Positions 62,535 to 64,000 of a stretch of DNA of 64,000 nucleotides are shown here, one piece after another. The first letter of the stretch is position 1, and each line of letters starts with the position of its first letter. Source of the stretch: a virus (lineage: Duplodnaviria > Caudoviricetes). The translations under genes were made by a program, and so were the position numbers. Under the pieces are notes generated by a model that saw only the letters and a program-made list of their open reading frames with translations, was not told the DNA's origin and made no database searches. The stretch is taken from positions 1 through 64,000 of the IMG/VR virus record IMGVR_UViG_3300043093_000048; one strand, written 5' to 3'.

Positions 62535-63038
62535 TTAATATTCTAAATATTCTATTTCTTCAAGAGCATCATAATAACCTTTCAAATAAGATTCTTCTAA
62601 AGGAACTACATTACCAGCATCAGTACGATATGTTAATTTTCTTTGTAAATCTGAATATTGTTTTCTACTTTTTCTAGTAGCACCATTAATACCTTTATCT
62701 ACAGCATGACTACCAATAGCAACTCCTGCACCAGCAACACTTGATATTTTTAAGGCTCTAATTCTTTTTTCATATTTTTTTACTAAAGCTTCATATTTTG
62801 CTTTTTCTTTCTTATTTTTTGTTTCTGATGCTAATTTTTTATATTTGTTATATTCTCTTTTTGCAGTAACAAGATCAATAGCACTAATTGCAGCTAAACT
62901 GCCACCAAAAATTTTGCCAGGCTTTGAATACATTTTTTGTTTGTCATTTAATTTTTCAAGTTTAATATTTTTACGACCAACTTTATGAAATTCATCAAAT
63001 TCTTTTTTATTTTTTTCTCTAAATTCTTTATAACTCAT
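62535..63038 (-). CDS. YLEGYY-tag family protein, paralog
   Basis: Same core; ends SYLKGYYDALEEIEYLEY, with 3' end identical in DNA to that of the 61984 gene. Confidence 0.65.
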   Translation of the reverse strand: MSYKEFREKNKKEFDEFHKVGRKNIKLEKLNDKQKMYSKPGKIFGGSLAAISAIDLVTAKREYNKYKKLASETKNKKEKAKYEALVKKYEKRIRALKISSVAGAGVAIGSHAVDKGINGATRKSRKQYSDLQRKLTYRTDAGNVVPLEESYLKGYYDALEEIEYLEY

Positions 63039-63075
63039 TATAATAAAATTCTCCTTTCGTTATAATTATTATTTA

Positions 63076-63107
63076 TATCTATTTGTTTTTTTGTCAACAT
63101 ACACTTA
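63076..63107. promoter_or_regulatory. Back-to-back divergent AACA-N6-TA motifs
   Basis: AACAAATAGATA (-, 63076-63087) and AACATACACTTA (+, 63096-63107). Confidence 0.6.
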
Positions 63108-63134
63108 TACATTTTATAAAAAGAGGTGAATAAA

Positions 63135-64000
63135 ATGTCAGAATTATCTAATAAACAAAGAAATTCTTTAAATAAAAATACATTTGGAATTCCTTCTTTA
63201 AGAAAATATCCATTAAATGATAAAGATCATGTACAAAAAGCAATACAGATGTTTCATCATTGTCCTATAGAATATAAAAGAGAATTAGCTCATAATATTA
63301 ATAAAAATGCTAAAAAATATAATATTACTATTTCTCAAAATTCTCCTATTTATAATTATTTAAATGAAAGTGAACAAGTTGAAATAGATTTAATGAATGA
63401 TATTTATTTATTAGAAGAAGATTTATATTATAATGAAGCTTTTGGAATGAATGAAGATGAAGCTAGAGGTACAGTAGACACTGCAATGCAATTATGGAAA
63501 AAGAGAAAAAAATTTGTACAAAATAATAAAGATAAACAAAGATTAGTTACTGATATTAGAAACGAAAAACTATCTTTAAGTTCTTTACAAACTAGAAATG
63601 ATTATTTATCTATTATACAAAGAGCAAAATCTACTGTAAATACTATGAGTAAAAAATTATCCACTGGAGAGTATCAAGATGCTAAAACAATCAAAGGAAA
63701 AGGATATAATGCTGGTGTAAATGGCGCAGCTAAAACTGTTGGAAAATTAGCAGGTACAGTGGCAGCAGGTGTAGCAGTCGGTGCAGTTGCTGGAGGAGCT
63801 TTAGGTAAAAGATCTGCTAATAATAAAGGTAATGGTAGAGTTGTAAGTACTATGAAAAAAACTACAGGAGCGGTTGCAGGAGCTGTAGCTCTAGGAACTG
63901 TTGGTTCAATGGTTGGTAAAGGAATGGTTGTTTCAGATAATTTTAAGAAAAATAATACTAGACATAGAGATGATCCAGTTAGAAAACAAGCAGATCGTTA
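63135..64000 (+). CDS. Partial ORF (runs off window): N-terminal DUF6582-like domain, acidic linker, Gly/Ala-rich segments
   Basis: Not in ORF track; MSELSNKQRNSLNKNTFGIPSLRKYPLNDKDHVQKAI; YLNE-S and YYNE-A sites; AGAGGTG RBS and AACA-N6-TA at 63096. Confidence 0.7.
   Translation, partial: MSELSNKQRNSLNKNTFGIPSLRKYPLNDKDHVQKAIQMFHHCPIEYKRELAHNINKNAKKYNITISQNSPIYNYLNESEQVEIDLMNDIYLLEEDLYYNEAFGMNEDEARGTVDTAMQLWKKRKKFVQNNKDKQRLVTDIRNEKLSLSSLQTRNDYLSIIQRAKSTVNTMSKKLSTGEYQDAKTIKGKGYNAGVNGAAKTVGKLAGTVAAGVAVGAVAGGALGKRSANNKGNGRVVSTMKKTTGAVAGAVALGTVGSMVGKGMVVSDNFKKNNTRHRDDPVRKQADR

Noticed and set aside
1-64000. Stop-codon reassignment as in some gut phages
   Set aside because: Genes are full length in the standard code (including 9.8 kb); the nrdD and protease breaks are explained by introns; no canonical suppressor tRNA

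Overview
A very AT-rich, densely coding segment of a jumbo (phiKZ/AR9/PBS1-like) bacteriophage genome, most likely infecting an anaerobic Firmicute (NrdD/NrdG, CW_7 cell-wall domain, DUF1653; host is an inference). Replication/transcription genes include a DnaB-like helicase, primase, SbcC/SbcD, a split RNA polymerase beta-prime fragment and IF-1. Morphogenesis genes include a T4 gp21-like prohead protease, a gp53/LysM-like baseplate protein and a 3271-aa orphan. There is also a MoxR-AAA/VWA module and a tRNA cluster. Three group I introns can be delimited to the nucleotide: nrdD (2860-4215, with a GIY-YIG ORF), tRNA-Leu(UAA) (27772-28062) and the prohead protease (57248-58799, with an EDxHD-type endonuclease looped out of P1). 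Five zinc-ribbon-repeat/EDxHD endonucleases are present. Two promoter motifs recur: AR9-like AAC(A/T)-N6-TA and phiKZ-early-like TATATTAT. The best candidate for an undescribed system is a family of about 11 late-promoter genes. They carry acidic Tyr/Asp/Glu tags (hallmark YLEGYYDALEE) at the N- and/or C-terminus, bounded by hydrophobic-x-Glu protease-type sites and fused to unrelated cargo (basic cores, Gly/Ala membrane hairpins, a GNAT-like domain, an ADP-ribosyltransferase-like domain). This looks like a portable capsid-loading tag, and in one case it has visibly been copied as a promoter+RBS+tag DNA cassette. Also notable are two orphans inside the MoxR/VWA locus sharing a C-terminal motif, and anti-Shine-Dalgarno-bearing structured RNA candidates plus tRNA mimics in the tRNA cluster. 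All calls are from motif reading; no database searches were run.
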